64,000 nucleotides of DNA from Rickettsiales bacterium (GTDB taxonomy: Bacteria > Pseudomonadota > Alphaproteobacteria > Rickettsiales > CANDYO01). Where the stretch lies: assembly GCA_049653745.1 (NCBI GenBank), contig JBASGW010000059.1, forward strand, positions 19,236-83,235, read 5' to 3'. The stretch's first letter is position 1; each line of letters begins with the position of its first letter. Below are positions 48,044 through 56,994 of this stretch, piece by piece. The notes below the pieces were generated by a model, which was given only the letters and a program-made list of their open reading frames with translations, was not told the DNA's origin and did no database searches. The translations under genes were made by a program, and so were the position numbers.

Positions 48044-48487
48044 TTATTTTGTTGCTTCATAATTAAGTTTTTTATATCGCTGAACTTCATATTCAATAGC
48101 TACTCCAGTAGATAAAGATAGAACTTCTGGTTTTGATAAGATGCGGTTTTTCTTTTTACTATTCTGAGAACTAAAAATTTTTCCTGTTAAATTAGGATCA
48201 TTAGGATCTATATCTAAAGAACCAAATTTATGGCGCTCCTCATGGAGGCGATCTGTTGATTTTTGAGAAATAGAGCTATCAAATTGGTTAGCTCTATTTC
48301 TTAATTCTTGAATTTGTTGTTGTATTCTGGCTATATCTCGTTTTTTATTAGCAGCTTGACGTCTTTGTGCTATTGCAGATTTAGCTGCGCCAACATCGGC
48401 TATACTTTCAACATAATTAAAAATTACTGTATTAAAAATAGTCACTAATATAATTAATTTTTTTAATTTCATTGTTAAGTTCCTCAA
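48044..48487 (-). CDS. Hypothetical secreted coiled-coil protein
   Basis: Signal/anchor KLKKLIILVTIFNTVIFNYVESIA, then a basic, Q-rich helix. No family recognised. Confidence 0.45.
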   Translation of the reverse strand: MRNLTMKLKKLIILVTIFNTVIFNYVESIADVGAAKSAIAQRRQAANKKRDIARIQQQIQELRNRANQFDSSISQKSTDRLHEERHKFGSLDIDPNDPNLTGKIFSSQNSKKKNRILSKPEVLSLSTGVAIEYEVQRYKKLNYEATK

Positions 48488-48522
48488 CTTATTAGGTATT
48501 ACAATTATGCTATCATAACTAT

Positions 48523-49323
48523 CTAATTATTTCTATAAAAAGAATTTTTTATAATTAATGCAATCATCGATAAAAATGCTAAAACTGAAGCAAGCGCAAA
48601 TGCAGCCACATAATTATATTCATTATATAAAATTTCAACATGCATTGGTATAGTTATTGTTTCTCCCCTTATATGTCCAGAAACTACCGAAACTGCTCCA
48701 AATTCTCCAAAAGCTCTTGAAAGAGATAGTAATAATCCATAAAGAACACCCCATTTAATATTAGGCAAAGTAACATATATAAAAGTTTTAAGTCCGCTTG
48801 CACCCAGTGAAATAGCTGCTTCTTCTTCATCGTTGCCATATTCCACCATAATAGGAATTAATTCACGCGCCATAAATGGTAGTGTAACGAATAAGGTGGT
48901 TATAATAATGGCAGGAATAGCAAAAATAAATTGCATATCATATTTATCTAACCAAGAGCCAATTAGAGAATCTATTCCAAAAATAGAAAGAAACATAAAA
49001 CCAGAAATGATAGGAGATATAGATAAAGGTAAATCAATTAAAGACATAAGAATATCTTTACCTCTAAATTGAAATTTAGCAATGCACCAAGATGCCGCAA
49101 TGCCAAAGACTAAATTTATTGGAATAGCGATAACAACAATTAATAAAGATAATTTTATTGCCTCTAATGCCTCTTCATCTTTAAGAATATCAAAATAATG
49201 GATAATCCCTTTGCTAAAAGCATTAATTAACATGGTAAGTACGGGTAAAGCAAAAAATATAGTAACCAGCATTATAGTAGATAAAATGAAGATGGATCTT
49301 ATGAGACGAGAATCTTTTACCAT
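48523..49323 (-). CDS. cysW: Sulfate ABC transporter permease CysW
   Basis: Binding-protein-dependent permease with EAA loop EEEAAISLGASGLKTF. Second permease of the pair. Confidence 0.8.
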   Translation of the reverse strand: MVKDSRLIRSIFILSTIMLVTIFFALPVLTMLINAFSKGIIHYFDILKDEEALEAIKLSLLIVVIAIPINLVFGIAASWCIAKFQFRGKDILMSLIDLPLSISPIISGFMFLSIFGIDSLIGSWLDKYDMQFIFAIPAIIITTLFVTLPFMARELIPIMVEYGNDEEEAAISLGASGLKTFIYVTLPNIKWGVLYGLLLSLSRAFGEFGAVSVVSGHIRGETITIPMHVEILYNEYNYVAAFALASVLAFLSMIALIIKNSFYRNN

Positions 49324-50132
49324 GATATTTTCTTTGAAAAAATATTAATCAACCATAAAATTAAAAAAGCGCAGAGCATCATAACCACTGCTATGGCGGT
49401 TGCTTGATTGTAATCAAATTGCTCTATTTTGCTATAAATTAATAGTGAGATAATTTCTGATTCTTTGGGAATATTACTAGAAATAAAAATTATCGCTCCA
49501 TATTCACTCAAGCCCCTTGCAAAAGATAAGCTAAAGGCTGATAGAATAGCTGGAATAAAGTTCGGAAAATATATTTTCCAGAAAATTTGCCAATTACTGG
49601 CACCTAAACTAGAGGCCGCAGCTTCAACATCTACATCCATTTCTCTTATTACTGGTTCAATGGTTCTAATTGTTAAAGGTAACCCTACAAAAATTAAAGC
49701 AATAATAATGCCAAGTTTAGTAAACGCCACCTCCACTCCTAAGGAATTTAGAATTTTTCCAAACCAAGAATCTGAAGAATATAAACTTGCTAAGCTTAAG
49801 CCTGCTATGGCTGTTGGCAGCGCTATTGGTAAGTCTATAAAAATATCAACAATAGCTTTACCAAAGAATTTATATCTTACAAGGGTCCAGCTAATAAATA
49901 AACCGCAAATAATATTAATTATACTAGCTATAAAAGCCATTGAAAAAGTTAGTTTATAGGCATGAAGAACTCTACTGTTTGTTACAGTGGATATAAATTG
50001 CTCTAAGCCTAAATTGCTTGAGTGAAAAAATAAATTTGAAATAGGAAAAATTACAATTAGTAACAAATAAAATATGGTGTAAGCAAAAGATATCTTAAAA
50101 AATGGTAGGATGTTGTTTTTATTATTTATCAT
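49317..50132 (-). CDS. cysT: Sulfate ABC transporter permease CysT
   Basis: EAA loop VEAAASSLGASNWQIF. First of the two overlapping permease genes (7-nt overlap). Confidence 0.8.
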   Translation of the reverse strand: MINNKNNILPFFKISFAYTIFYLLLIVIFPISNLFFHSSNLGLEQFISTVTNSRVLHAYKLTFSMAFIASIINIICGLFISWTLVRYKFFGKAIVDIFIDLPIALPTAIAGLSLASLYSSDSWFGKILNSLGVEVAFTKLGIIIALIFVGLPLTIRTIEPVIREMDVDVEAAASSLGASNWQIFWKIYFPNFIPAILSAFSLSFARGLSEYGAIIFISSNIPKESEIISLLIYSKIEQFDYNQATAIAVVMMLCAFLILWLINIFSKKISW

Positions 50133-50399
50133 ATTATTATTTAATTAAATTTACTGAATTATTGAATAATACAGCATAAACTCCCTGCTCTTATGCTTTA
50201 GTTATTAATGCCAAATAAAAATATCTTTGCGTTATTATTTTTAGCTAGTTATTTACATTTTATAGCATGTTTGTCCTATAATTTAAAATGAATTTTATTT
50301 GATGATTTTCTAATAGCAAATCAAAGTTTTTATCATAGATAATTGCCTTAATTTTTTTTTCTTATATAATACATTAAAAATATTAAATAAGAATAATAT

Positions 50400-51059
50400 A
50401 TGTCGCTTATAAAACTTTCAGGTCCGGTAAAAGCACCTAACTCTAATATAAAGCCCAATAAGCTTATTATCTTTCTTCATGGAGTTGGTGCAGATGGAAA
50501 TGATTTAATAGGTTTAGCTCCAGAATTTGCTGAAATTTTCCCAAATAGCGTATTCTTATCTCCTAATGCTCCATTTGAATATGATATGTACCCAGCGGGA
50601 TATCAGTGGTTTAGTTTACAAGATCGTAATGAGAATATAATGTTTGAAGGTATTAAAAATGCTATTCCCATTTTAAAAGAATATATTGATGAAAACCTAG
50701 ATAAATATGATTTAAAATATAAAGATTTAATTTTAATAGGATTTTCTCAAGGAACCATGATGGCGTTACAGTTAGCTCCTAGGCTTGAGAGCCCTTGCCA
50801 TTCGGTTATTGGTTTTTCTGGTGCTTTTTTAAAGCCAGAAATTCTTAAACAGGAAATTAAATCTAAACCACCAATTTTACTTATTCATGGAGATTTAGAT
50901 CAAGTGATTCCTGTTGCTAGTCATAATGTTGCTGTTACAAGTTTAAAAAATATAGGTTTATCAGTTGAAAGCCATGTTCTGTATAATTTGGCTCATAGCA
51001 TTAACATGAAAGCTATTGATCTTGCCAAAAATTTTATTAAAAATATAGGAAAAGTATAA
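50400..51059 (+). CDS. Alpha/beta hydrolase (phospholipase/carboxylesterase family)
   Basis: LIIFLHGVGADGNDL, GFSQGTMMAL (GxSxG) and LLIHGDLDQVIP. 219 aa. Confidence 0.8.
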   Translation: MSLIKLSGPVKAPNSNIKPNKLIIFLHGVGADGNDLIGLAPEFAEIFPNSVFLSPNAPFEYDMYPAGYQWFSLQDRNENIMFEGIKNAIPILKEYIDENLDKYDLKYKDLILIGFSQGTMMALQLAPRLESPCHSVIGFSGAFLKPEILKQEIKSKPPILLIHGDLDQVIPVASHNVAVTSLKNIGLSVESHVLYNLAHSINMKAIDLAKNFIKNIGKV

Positions 51060-51227
51060 ATGCAAAATATTGAACAATTGCTTGAAATTTTAGTCTGTCC
51101 GGTAACAAAAACTAAATTAACTTATAATCCAGAATCTAATGAATTAATTAGTTTAGAAGCAAACTTGGCCTTTCCTATTATTGATGGAATTCCTGTTATG
51201 CTAATAGAGAAAGCTAGATCTTTATAA
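51060..51227 (+). CDS. Trm112/YcaR (UPF0434) family small protein
   Basis: Not in the track (55 aa). [55 protein letters not shown] is colinear with E. coli YcaR (LLEIIACPVC.GKL.Y......L.C....LAFP.RDGIPVLL). Confidence 0.8.
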   Translation: MQNIEQLLEILVCPVTKTKLTYNPESNELISLEANLAFPIIDGIPVMLIEKARSL

Positions 51228-52901
51228 TTTTTTGCACTTAAGTTGAAGCCATTGCTTTTCTTTTTCATTCAAGAATGGAGATAATTTTTTATAAACTTTT
51301 TGATGATAATTATTAAGCCATTTTTTTTCATCTTCACTAAGTAAGTTAGTTTTAATTAGCTTATTATCTATTGGAGCTAAAGTTAAAGTTTCAAATTCTA
51401 AATATCCAGACTTTAATTCTTTGACCAGCATTAAATTTTCTATTCTAATTCCATATTCTCCTTGCTTATAATAGCCTGGCTCATTGGATAAAATCATGCC
51501 AGGAATAAGCGGAATATCACTATATTTACTTATTCTTTGTGGTCCTTCATGAACTGATAAGCAGTTACCTACCCCGTGTCCTGTGCCATGCGCATAGTCT
51601 TTGCTATTTTGCCATAAATAATATCTAGCTAGAATATCTAATTGTGCTCCATTAGTGTTTTTAACAAATTTAGCATTGGCTAATGCGATATGTCCTTTTA
51701 GCACCAAAGTAAAATTTAGTTTTTGACTATTAGATGCTTTACCAAATGGAATAACTCTAGTTACGTCAGTAGTTCCACCAAAATATTGCCCTCCCGAATC
51801 AAGCAATAAAAGTCCAGCATTAGTTATAATCTTATTGGAACTTTTATTAGGAGAGTAATGAATGATTGCTCCATTTTCAGCAAATCCTGCAATTGTTGCA
51901 AAACTAGGATATATAAAGTTTTTATTTTTTGCTCTAAATTCCAGTAGTTTATCTGAAATATCTAATTCACTTTTGCCTTGAGAATTATTTTCAATCCAAT
52001 ATAAAGATTTTACTAAAGCAATTCCATCAGCAACATGAACTTTCTTAACTTGAGCAATTTCTATTTTATTTTTGCATGATTTAGCTAACGTACAAGGATC
52101 TTTGTCTAAAATTGGGCTATCAAATTTATTAACTAAATATATAGAAGCTGTATCTATGTCTAGTTGAACCTTTTTATTAGTTAAGAAATTGAGATGTTGA
52201 TCAAATTCTTCTAAAGCAAAACATTCTACAGTTCCGATTTTCTTCTCCATGTTAGAGAATAGCTTTAATCTGCAATCACTAAAAACTATTAGATATGATA
52301 ATAGCAAAGGGTTATAAGGAACATCATTTGCACGAATATTTAATAACCAGCATATATTACTAGGGTCGGTAATTATTAAACAATCAATATTGCTACTATT
52401 CAAATATTCTATTATTTTGCTATGCTTTGAATCAAAAGATTCTCCAGCATACTTAATGGGATAGCTAAATGCCTTGCTAATTGGCGCTTGCTCCCTCTCC
52501 TCTTTCCAAATTAGATCAATTAGATTTATGCAAGGAGCTAAATTAAATTTTTGATAATATTTTATATTTTGAGGGGTATGAAGTTTAGGGTCGTAGCCAA
52601 TTTTAGCTTTAGGTAAGAATTCTAATATATCATTTATATTATATACTATAAATAATTCACTTAATTCAGATTCTGCTTGAAGCAAATATCTACTATCTGT
52701 AAAAAACAAAACATCTATTTCGCTAATAATGGCTATGCCATTTGATCCCGTAAACCCTGAGATAAACTTTAAGCGATTTAAATGCTCTGGCAGATATTCA
52801 TTTTGAAATTCGTCTTTAGATGGAATTAGAAAATAATCAATATTATGCTGTTTTATTTCATCTCTTAATCTTCTAATTCTAACTTCAATTTTTTTATTCA
52901 T
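51222..52901 (-). CDS. Xaa-Pro aminopeptidase (M24B, aminopeptidase P family)
   Basis: 559 aa. [24 protein letters not shown] and SNEPGYY...GIRIEN are the metal-ligand motifs. Confidence 0.88.
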   Translation of the reverse strand: MNKKIEVRIRRLRDEIKQHNIDYFLIPSKDEFQNEYLPEHLNRLKFISGFTGSNGIAIISEIDVLFFTDSRYLLQAESELSELFIVYNINDILEFLPKAKIGYDPKLHTPQNIKYYQKFNLAPCINLIDLIWKEEREQAPISKAFSYPIKYAGESFDSKHSKIIEYLNSSNIDCLIITDPSNICWLLNIRANDVPYNPLLLSYLIVFSDCRLKLFSNMEKKIGTVECFALEEFDQHLNFLTNKKVQLDIDTASIYLVNKFDSPILDKDPCTLAKSCKNKIEIAQVKKVHVADGIALVKSLYWIENNSQGKSELDISDKLLEFRAKNKNFIYPSFATIAGFAENGAIIHYSPNKSSNKIITNAGLLLLDSGGQYFGGTTDVTRVIPFGKASNSQKLNFTLVLKGHIALANAKFVKNTNGAQLDILARYYLWQNSKDYAHGTGHGVGNCLSVHEGPQRISKYSDIPLIPGMILSNEPGYYKQGEYGIRIENLMLVKELKSGYLEFETLTLAPIDNKLIKTNLLSEDEKKWLNNYHQKVYKKLSPFLNEKEKQWLQLKCKKL

Positions 52902-52907
52902 TTTCCA

Positions 52908-53360
52908 TTATTGCTTTTTATCTTCATCTTGTTTTTTACAATTTTGTATTTCTAAATAATGAATTTGATCTTTTGTTGATAAAATATCAATAGTGGTTGC
53001 GCCTTTAGTGAACAGCTTTCTGTACAAATCTGTAAGATTTTTTAATTGCTTGGCATCATAAAAACAATGATCAGGATTACTAGTAACTTGCTGGCCTACA
53101 AATGAATAATACATTACGTAGCATAATCCGTTCTTTCCATTGGCATATCCATTAATTGTTTGTGCCTTCCATGCTTTTGCATCGCTAAGATCTGGATAAG
53201 CACAGCTCGATGGAGTGCAGTTACCTAAATTTATAGTAAAGCTATCATAGCAAGTTCCATATTCTGTTTTCAATTGATCTTGTAGAGGATCACTTGCAGA
53301 ATCGGCATATGACAAACTTGAAATTCCAATCATCAAAGATAAAGCTAGTTTTTTATTCAT
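52908..53360 (-). CDS. Hypothetical secreted Cys-rich protein
   Basis: Signal peptide MNKKLALSLMIGISSLSYA. The mature part has seven Cys. No family recognised. Confidence 0.5.
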   Translation of the reverse strand: MNKKLALSLMIGISSLSYADSASDPLQDQLKTEYGTCYDSFTINLGNCTPSSCAYPDLSDAKAWKAQTINGYANGKNGLCYVMYYSFVGQQVTSNPDHCFYDAKQLKNLTDLYRKLFTKGATTIDILSTKDQIHYLEIQNCKKQDEDKKQ

Positions 53361-53379
53361 TAAATACTCCTTTTTTAAT

Positions 53380-54756
53380 TTAAATAAGTAATTTGGTTGC
53401 TAAGCCTAGAAATATAGCAAAACTTAACACATCAGTTAAAGTGGTTACAAACACAGGTGATGCAATTGCAGGATCAAAATCAAACTTATTTATAACAATG
53501 GGAACCACAACCCCAAATAACCCTGCTAAAGCAAAATTTATTGTTACAGCTAAACCAAAAATTAAACTAAGTGATAGATCATGATGCAATAATAATAAAA
53601 TTGCGCCACCTAAGAAAGCTAAAATAAGACCATTACATGTGCAAGATAATATTTGATTCCTTATAACCCTCATAATATTCATGGAGGTAAGCTCTTTTCC
53701 AGCTAAAGATAAAATTGTTACTGTCATGGTTTGGGTTCCAGCATTTCCACTTATTCCTGCAACTATGGGCATAATTGCAGATAAAATAACAACTTGCTGT
53801 ATAGTATCGTGATATAAATTAACTACAATAGAGCAAATTGTTGTTGCAAGTAAGCTGACTAACAGCCAAGGAAATCTGCTTTTAATAATTTCAACTACAT
53901 TAAAATAGACGTCATCTTCTTGCAAACCCGACATATGCATTATATTTTCTTCGGCTTTTTTATCAACAACATCAAAAACGTCATCTAAGGTTATAACCCC
54001 AACTAACCTATTGTTTTTATTCACTACTGGCATAGTTATAAACCCATATTTCTTAAATAAATAAGAAACTTCAACATCATCTAGATCAGTAGACAGAGAC
54101 TTTATTTCTTTTGTCATAATATTACTGATTAACAATTCATGAGGTTTAGAAATTAATATACTTAAAGGAACGGCGCCTACTGGTACAAATTTAGGGTTAG
54201 TTACGAAAATTTCATAAAAAACTTCAATAGAATTATTTTGATTCCTAAGAAAATCAATAGTTTGTCCCACAGTCCAGTATTCTGGAACTGAAATGAATTT
54301 CTTTTGCATTAACCTTCCGGCACTGTCTTCTGGATAAGAAAAGCCTTCAGTTATTTCTTTTTGCTTGGTTTTATTTAAGAATTTAAAAATTTCTTCTCTT
54401 AAATTATCGTCTAAAGAATCAAGCACATAAATAGCTTCATCGGTATCCATAATATTTATGATGTTAGCCACTTTCCTTGGCTCCATCATTTCAATAATTA
54501 TAGGAATAACACTAAAATCTAACTCTACTATTATCTGGCTAAGTAATTTTTCGTCTATTAATTTAAGGGTTTTTTCTTTTTGAGTGGATGTAGCTTTATC
54601 AATAAAATCTGCAATATCAGCTATATGAGCTTCAGCTATAATTTTTTTAGCTTTTTTTAAATCTTCAACAAAAATGGCGTTAGCAAGCAGTTTTTCAAAT
54701 GCTTCTTGCTGATACTGTAAAGATTCTTCTATATTTTGTTTTTTTAAATCATTCAT
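53380..54756 (-). CDS. mgtE: Magnesium transporter MgtE
   Basis: N-domain, CBS pair, and a TM domain with AGISGNAGTQT and PVFVTTLTDV. Confidence 0.92.
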   Translation of the reverse strand: MNDLKKQNIEESLQYQQEAFEKLLANAIFVEDLKKAKKIIAEAHIADIADFIDKATSTQKEKTLKLIDEKLLSQIIVELDFSVIPIIIEMMEPRKVANIINIMDTDEAIYVLDSLDDNLREEIFKFLNKTKQKEITEGFSYPEDSAGRLMQKKFISVPEYWTVGQTIDFLRNQNNSIEVFYEIFVTNPKFVPVGAVPLSILISKPHELLISNIMTKEIKSLSTDLDDVEVSYLFKKYGFITMPVVNKNNRLVGVITLDDVFDVVDKKAEENIMHMSGLQEDDVYFNVVEIIKSRFPWLLVSLLATTICSIVVNLYHDTIQQVVILSAIMPIVAGISGNAGTQTMTVTILSLAGKELTSMNIMRVIRNQILSCTCNGLILAFLGGAILLLLHHDLSLSLIFGLAVTINFALAGLFGVVVPIVINKFDFDPAIASPVFVTTLTDVLSFAIFLGLATKLLI

Positions 54757-54804
54757 TAATTTTTTAAATTCACTAATAATAAATAGGATTATCTTTGAGT
54801 ATAT

Positions 54805-55629
54805 TCATTTTTGGCATTGGGCACAATAGAAACTGGCTCTTCCGGCTTGTTTTATTTTGATAATAATATTTTTGCATATCATGCATTTTTTTCCTTCTTT
54901 AGCATAAACCTTAAATGAATTTTGAAAAAAACCTTTTTCGCCATTAATTAATGCATAATCTTTTAAAGTGGATCCTCCAGCTTTTATTGATTGTTGCAAA
55001 ACTTTTATAATATTTATATGCAATAATTTTATTTCATCTAGAGTTAATGTATTAGATAATCTTTCTGGTGAAATTTTACTTAAAAACAAACTTTCAGCTG
55101 CATATATATTTCCAACGCCAACAACTTTAGAATTATCCATTAATAGTAATTTAATTGGTTTTGAGCTTTTTTTAAGAATATTTTGTAAATAACTTACAGT
55201 AAATTCTGATTCCAAGGGTTCGGGTGCAAGGGATTTAAATAATGAAAAGCTGCTTATGTTATTTTTATAAGTATATGTTATAAGGCCAAAACGTCTGGGA
55301 TCGTTATAAATAATTTTTAGATTATTATCTAATCCAATCATAAAATGATCATGTTTTTGAAAAATATAATCGTCAGCTTTAATTAGCACTTTGCCAGACA
55401 TTCCCAAATGTATTATAATTATAATATCATTATCTAAAAACACTTGAATATATTTAGCTCTTCGATCAATTTTGATTATCTTGCTATTAATTATTTTTTC
55501 AGGTAATTCTTCTGGAATTATTTGTCTTAATTTTAAATTAGTTAGAGCTTTAGCTGACAATATATTGCAATTAAGTATATTGCTTCTTAAGCCTTGGCAA
55601 ATTGATTCTACTTCTGGTAATTCAGGCAT
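54805..55629 (-). CDS. mutM: Formamidopyrimidine-DNA glycosylase
   Basis: MPELPEVE N-terminus, the H2TH region, and a C-terminal zinc finger CMICKNII...RASFYCAQCQ. Confidence 0.95.
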   Translation of the reverse strand: MPELPEVESICQGLRSNILNCNILSAKALTNLKLRQIIPEELPEKIINSKIIKIDRRAKYIQVFLDNDIIIIIHLGMSGKVLIKADDYIFQKHDHFMIGLDNNLKIIYNDPRRFGLITYTYKNNISSFSLFKSLAPEPLESEFTVSYLQNILKKSSKPIKLLLMDNSKVVGVGNIYAAESLFLSKISPERLSNTLTLDEIKLLHINIIKVLQQSIKAGGSTLKDYALINGEKGFFQNSFKVYAKEGKKCMICKNIIIKIKQAGRASFYCAQCQK

Positions 55630-55681
55630 TTTACTAAACTTTATATTAATTATTTGAGTATCATATCATAAGGAATCTTTA

Positions 55682-56296
55682 ATGAAACAAGATAATTTTG
55701 TTCTAATCATATCATCGCCTTCAGGCGCTGGTAAAACTTCTCTAGCTAAAGCAATAATTGAATCTGATTCAAAATTTATAGCATCAATTTCTGCCACAAC
55801 CAGAACAAAAAGAGAATTAGAAATTGAAAACCAAGATTATTATTTTATTAGCAAAGATACTTTTAAAAAAATGCGCCAAGAAGATAAATTTTTGGAGTGG
55901 GCAAAGGTTTTTGATAATTATTATGGATCACCAAAAGATTATGTAATAGAAAAAATGACTAATGGCTTTGATATATTATTTGATATAGATTGGCAAGGAG
56001 CTAGAGCTATCAAAAGAAAATTAGGTAAAGCAGCTGTAAGCATTTTTATTCTTCCCCCTTCAATAGATGAATTAGCAAGAAGACTAAGATCTCGCCGACA
56101 AGATTTAGAACATGAAATTGAAAAAAGGCTTGATATTGCTCATTTTGAAATTAGTAAACATCATTTATATGATTATGTTTTAATTAATGATGACTTTAAT
56201 AAAACCTTCAAAATAATACAAAATATTATAGAGATAGAGCGGCTAAAGCGCCTCAATTTTGATAATTTTGTTCATAATCTTCTCGAAAATAAATAA
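55682..56296 (+). CDS. gmk: Guanylate kinase
   Basis: SSPSGAGKTSL, SATTR and YYGSPK. Confidence 0.93.
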   Translation: MKQDNFVLIISSPSGAGKTSLAKAIIESDSKFIASISATTRTKRELEIENQDYYFISKDTFKKMRQEDKFLEWAKVFDNYYGSPKDYVIEKMTNGFDILFDIDWQGARAIKRKLGKAAVSIFILPPSIDELARRLRSRRQDLEHEIEKRLDIAHFEISKHHLYDYVLINDDFNKTFKIIQNIIEIERLKRLNFDNFVHNLLENK

Positions 56297-56411
56297 TTAA
56301 GATATTAATTATTTATTAAAATATATATTGACAGGTTAACTATTTGTTGCTATATATTCGTCATATGCAATTAGCATTAAAATATTAACTTATTTAAAAT
56401 AAGAGCTAGAT

Positions 56412-56918
56412 ATGACAGTAATTTTAAATCCTAAAACAGGAAAATATAAGAGTCTTGATAACTTTAAAGTTAAAAGTATAAAAAATCATCACAAAAGAGC
56501 GCGAGATAAACTCTCTAAAGAGGCACTTAAAATAAAAAAAATAATTGATGAAGAGTCTACAAAAATACTACAAAACAAAGAGGTGAATAAATTACTTAAG
56601 CAAGGCTTAAAAGCATTAAAAAATGCTTATCTGCAAAAGAATAATGAGGATAAAGAAGATATCGATTCATCTTTAGATACCAATAAAGCTACAGTTTCTG
56701 ATGCTACTAATAACAAAGTAATAGAAGAATCTAAAAATATCACAATTAAAGAAGAAGCAATAAGCTCTGAAGTAGCTGCATCCATAAAGGGTAATCTTCG
56801 TGGCGTTAGCGAAGAATTAACCGTAACCCATGAAGACACTTCTTCATTTAATCTGATGGATATGATTGGAAAAGTTGATCAATATATTGGTGAGCATTTT
56901 TTTGGTGATCTACACTAA
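56412..56918 (+). CDS. Hypothetical charged protein
   Basis: 168 aa with a basic N-terminal half and an acidic/Ser-rich C-terminal half. No family recognised. Confidence 0.45.
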   Translation: MTVILNPKTGKYKSLDNFKVKSIKNHHKRARDKLSKEALKIKKIIDEESTKILQNKEVNKLLKQGLKALKNAYLQKNNEDKEDIDSSLDTNKATVSDATNNKVIEESKNITIKEEAISSEVAASIKGNLRGVSEELTVTHEDTSSFNLMDMIGKVDQYIGEHFFGDLH

Positions 56919-56932
56919 GATTTGCATCTTAA

Positions 56933-56966
56933 TTAGCTACTCCCACAAAAATATGAGAGTAGCTAA
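56933..56966. terminator. Perfect 10-bp inverted repeat between convergent genes (possible bidirectional terminator)
   Basis: TTAGCTACTC-ccacaaaaatatga-GAGTAGCTAA. Confidence 0.4.
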
Positions 56967-56994
56967 ATTTAAAGCGTAATAATCTTTATTATAT

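Noticed and set aside
49465-49959. A 164-aa plus-strand ORF, plus other antisense ORFs inside transporter genes (30471-30683, 30962-31231, 31900-32127, 48833-49072).
   Set aside because: All lie opposite clear permease or ATPase genes (cysT/W, mlaE/F, MFS). Their length is explained by the codon bias of the true genes.
50133-50399. The 267-nt spacer upstream of cysT was examined for a riboswitch or leader structure.
   Set aside because: Only a short 6-bp hairpin (GCATAA...TTATGC) and AT-rich sequence are present, with no conserved riboswitch blocks.
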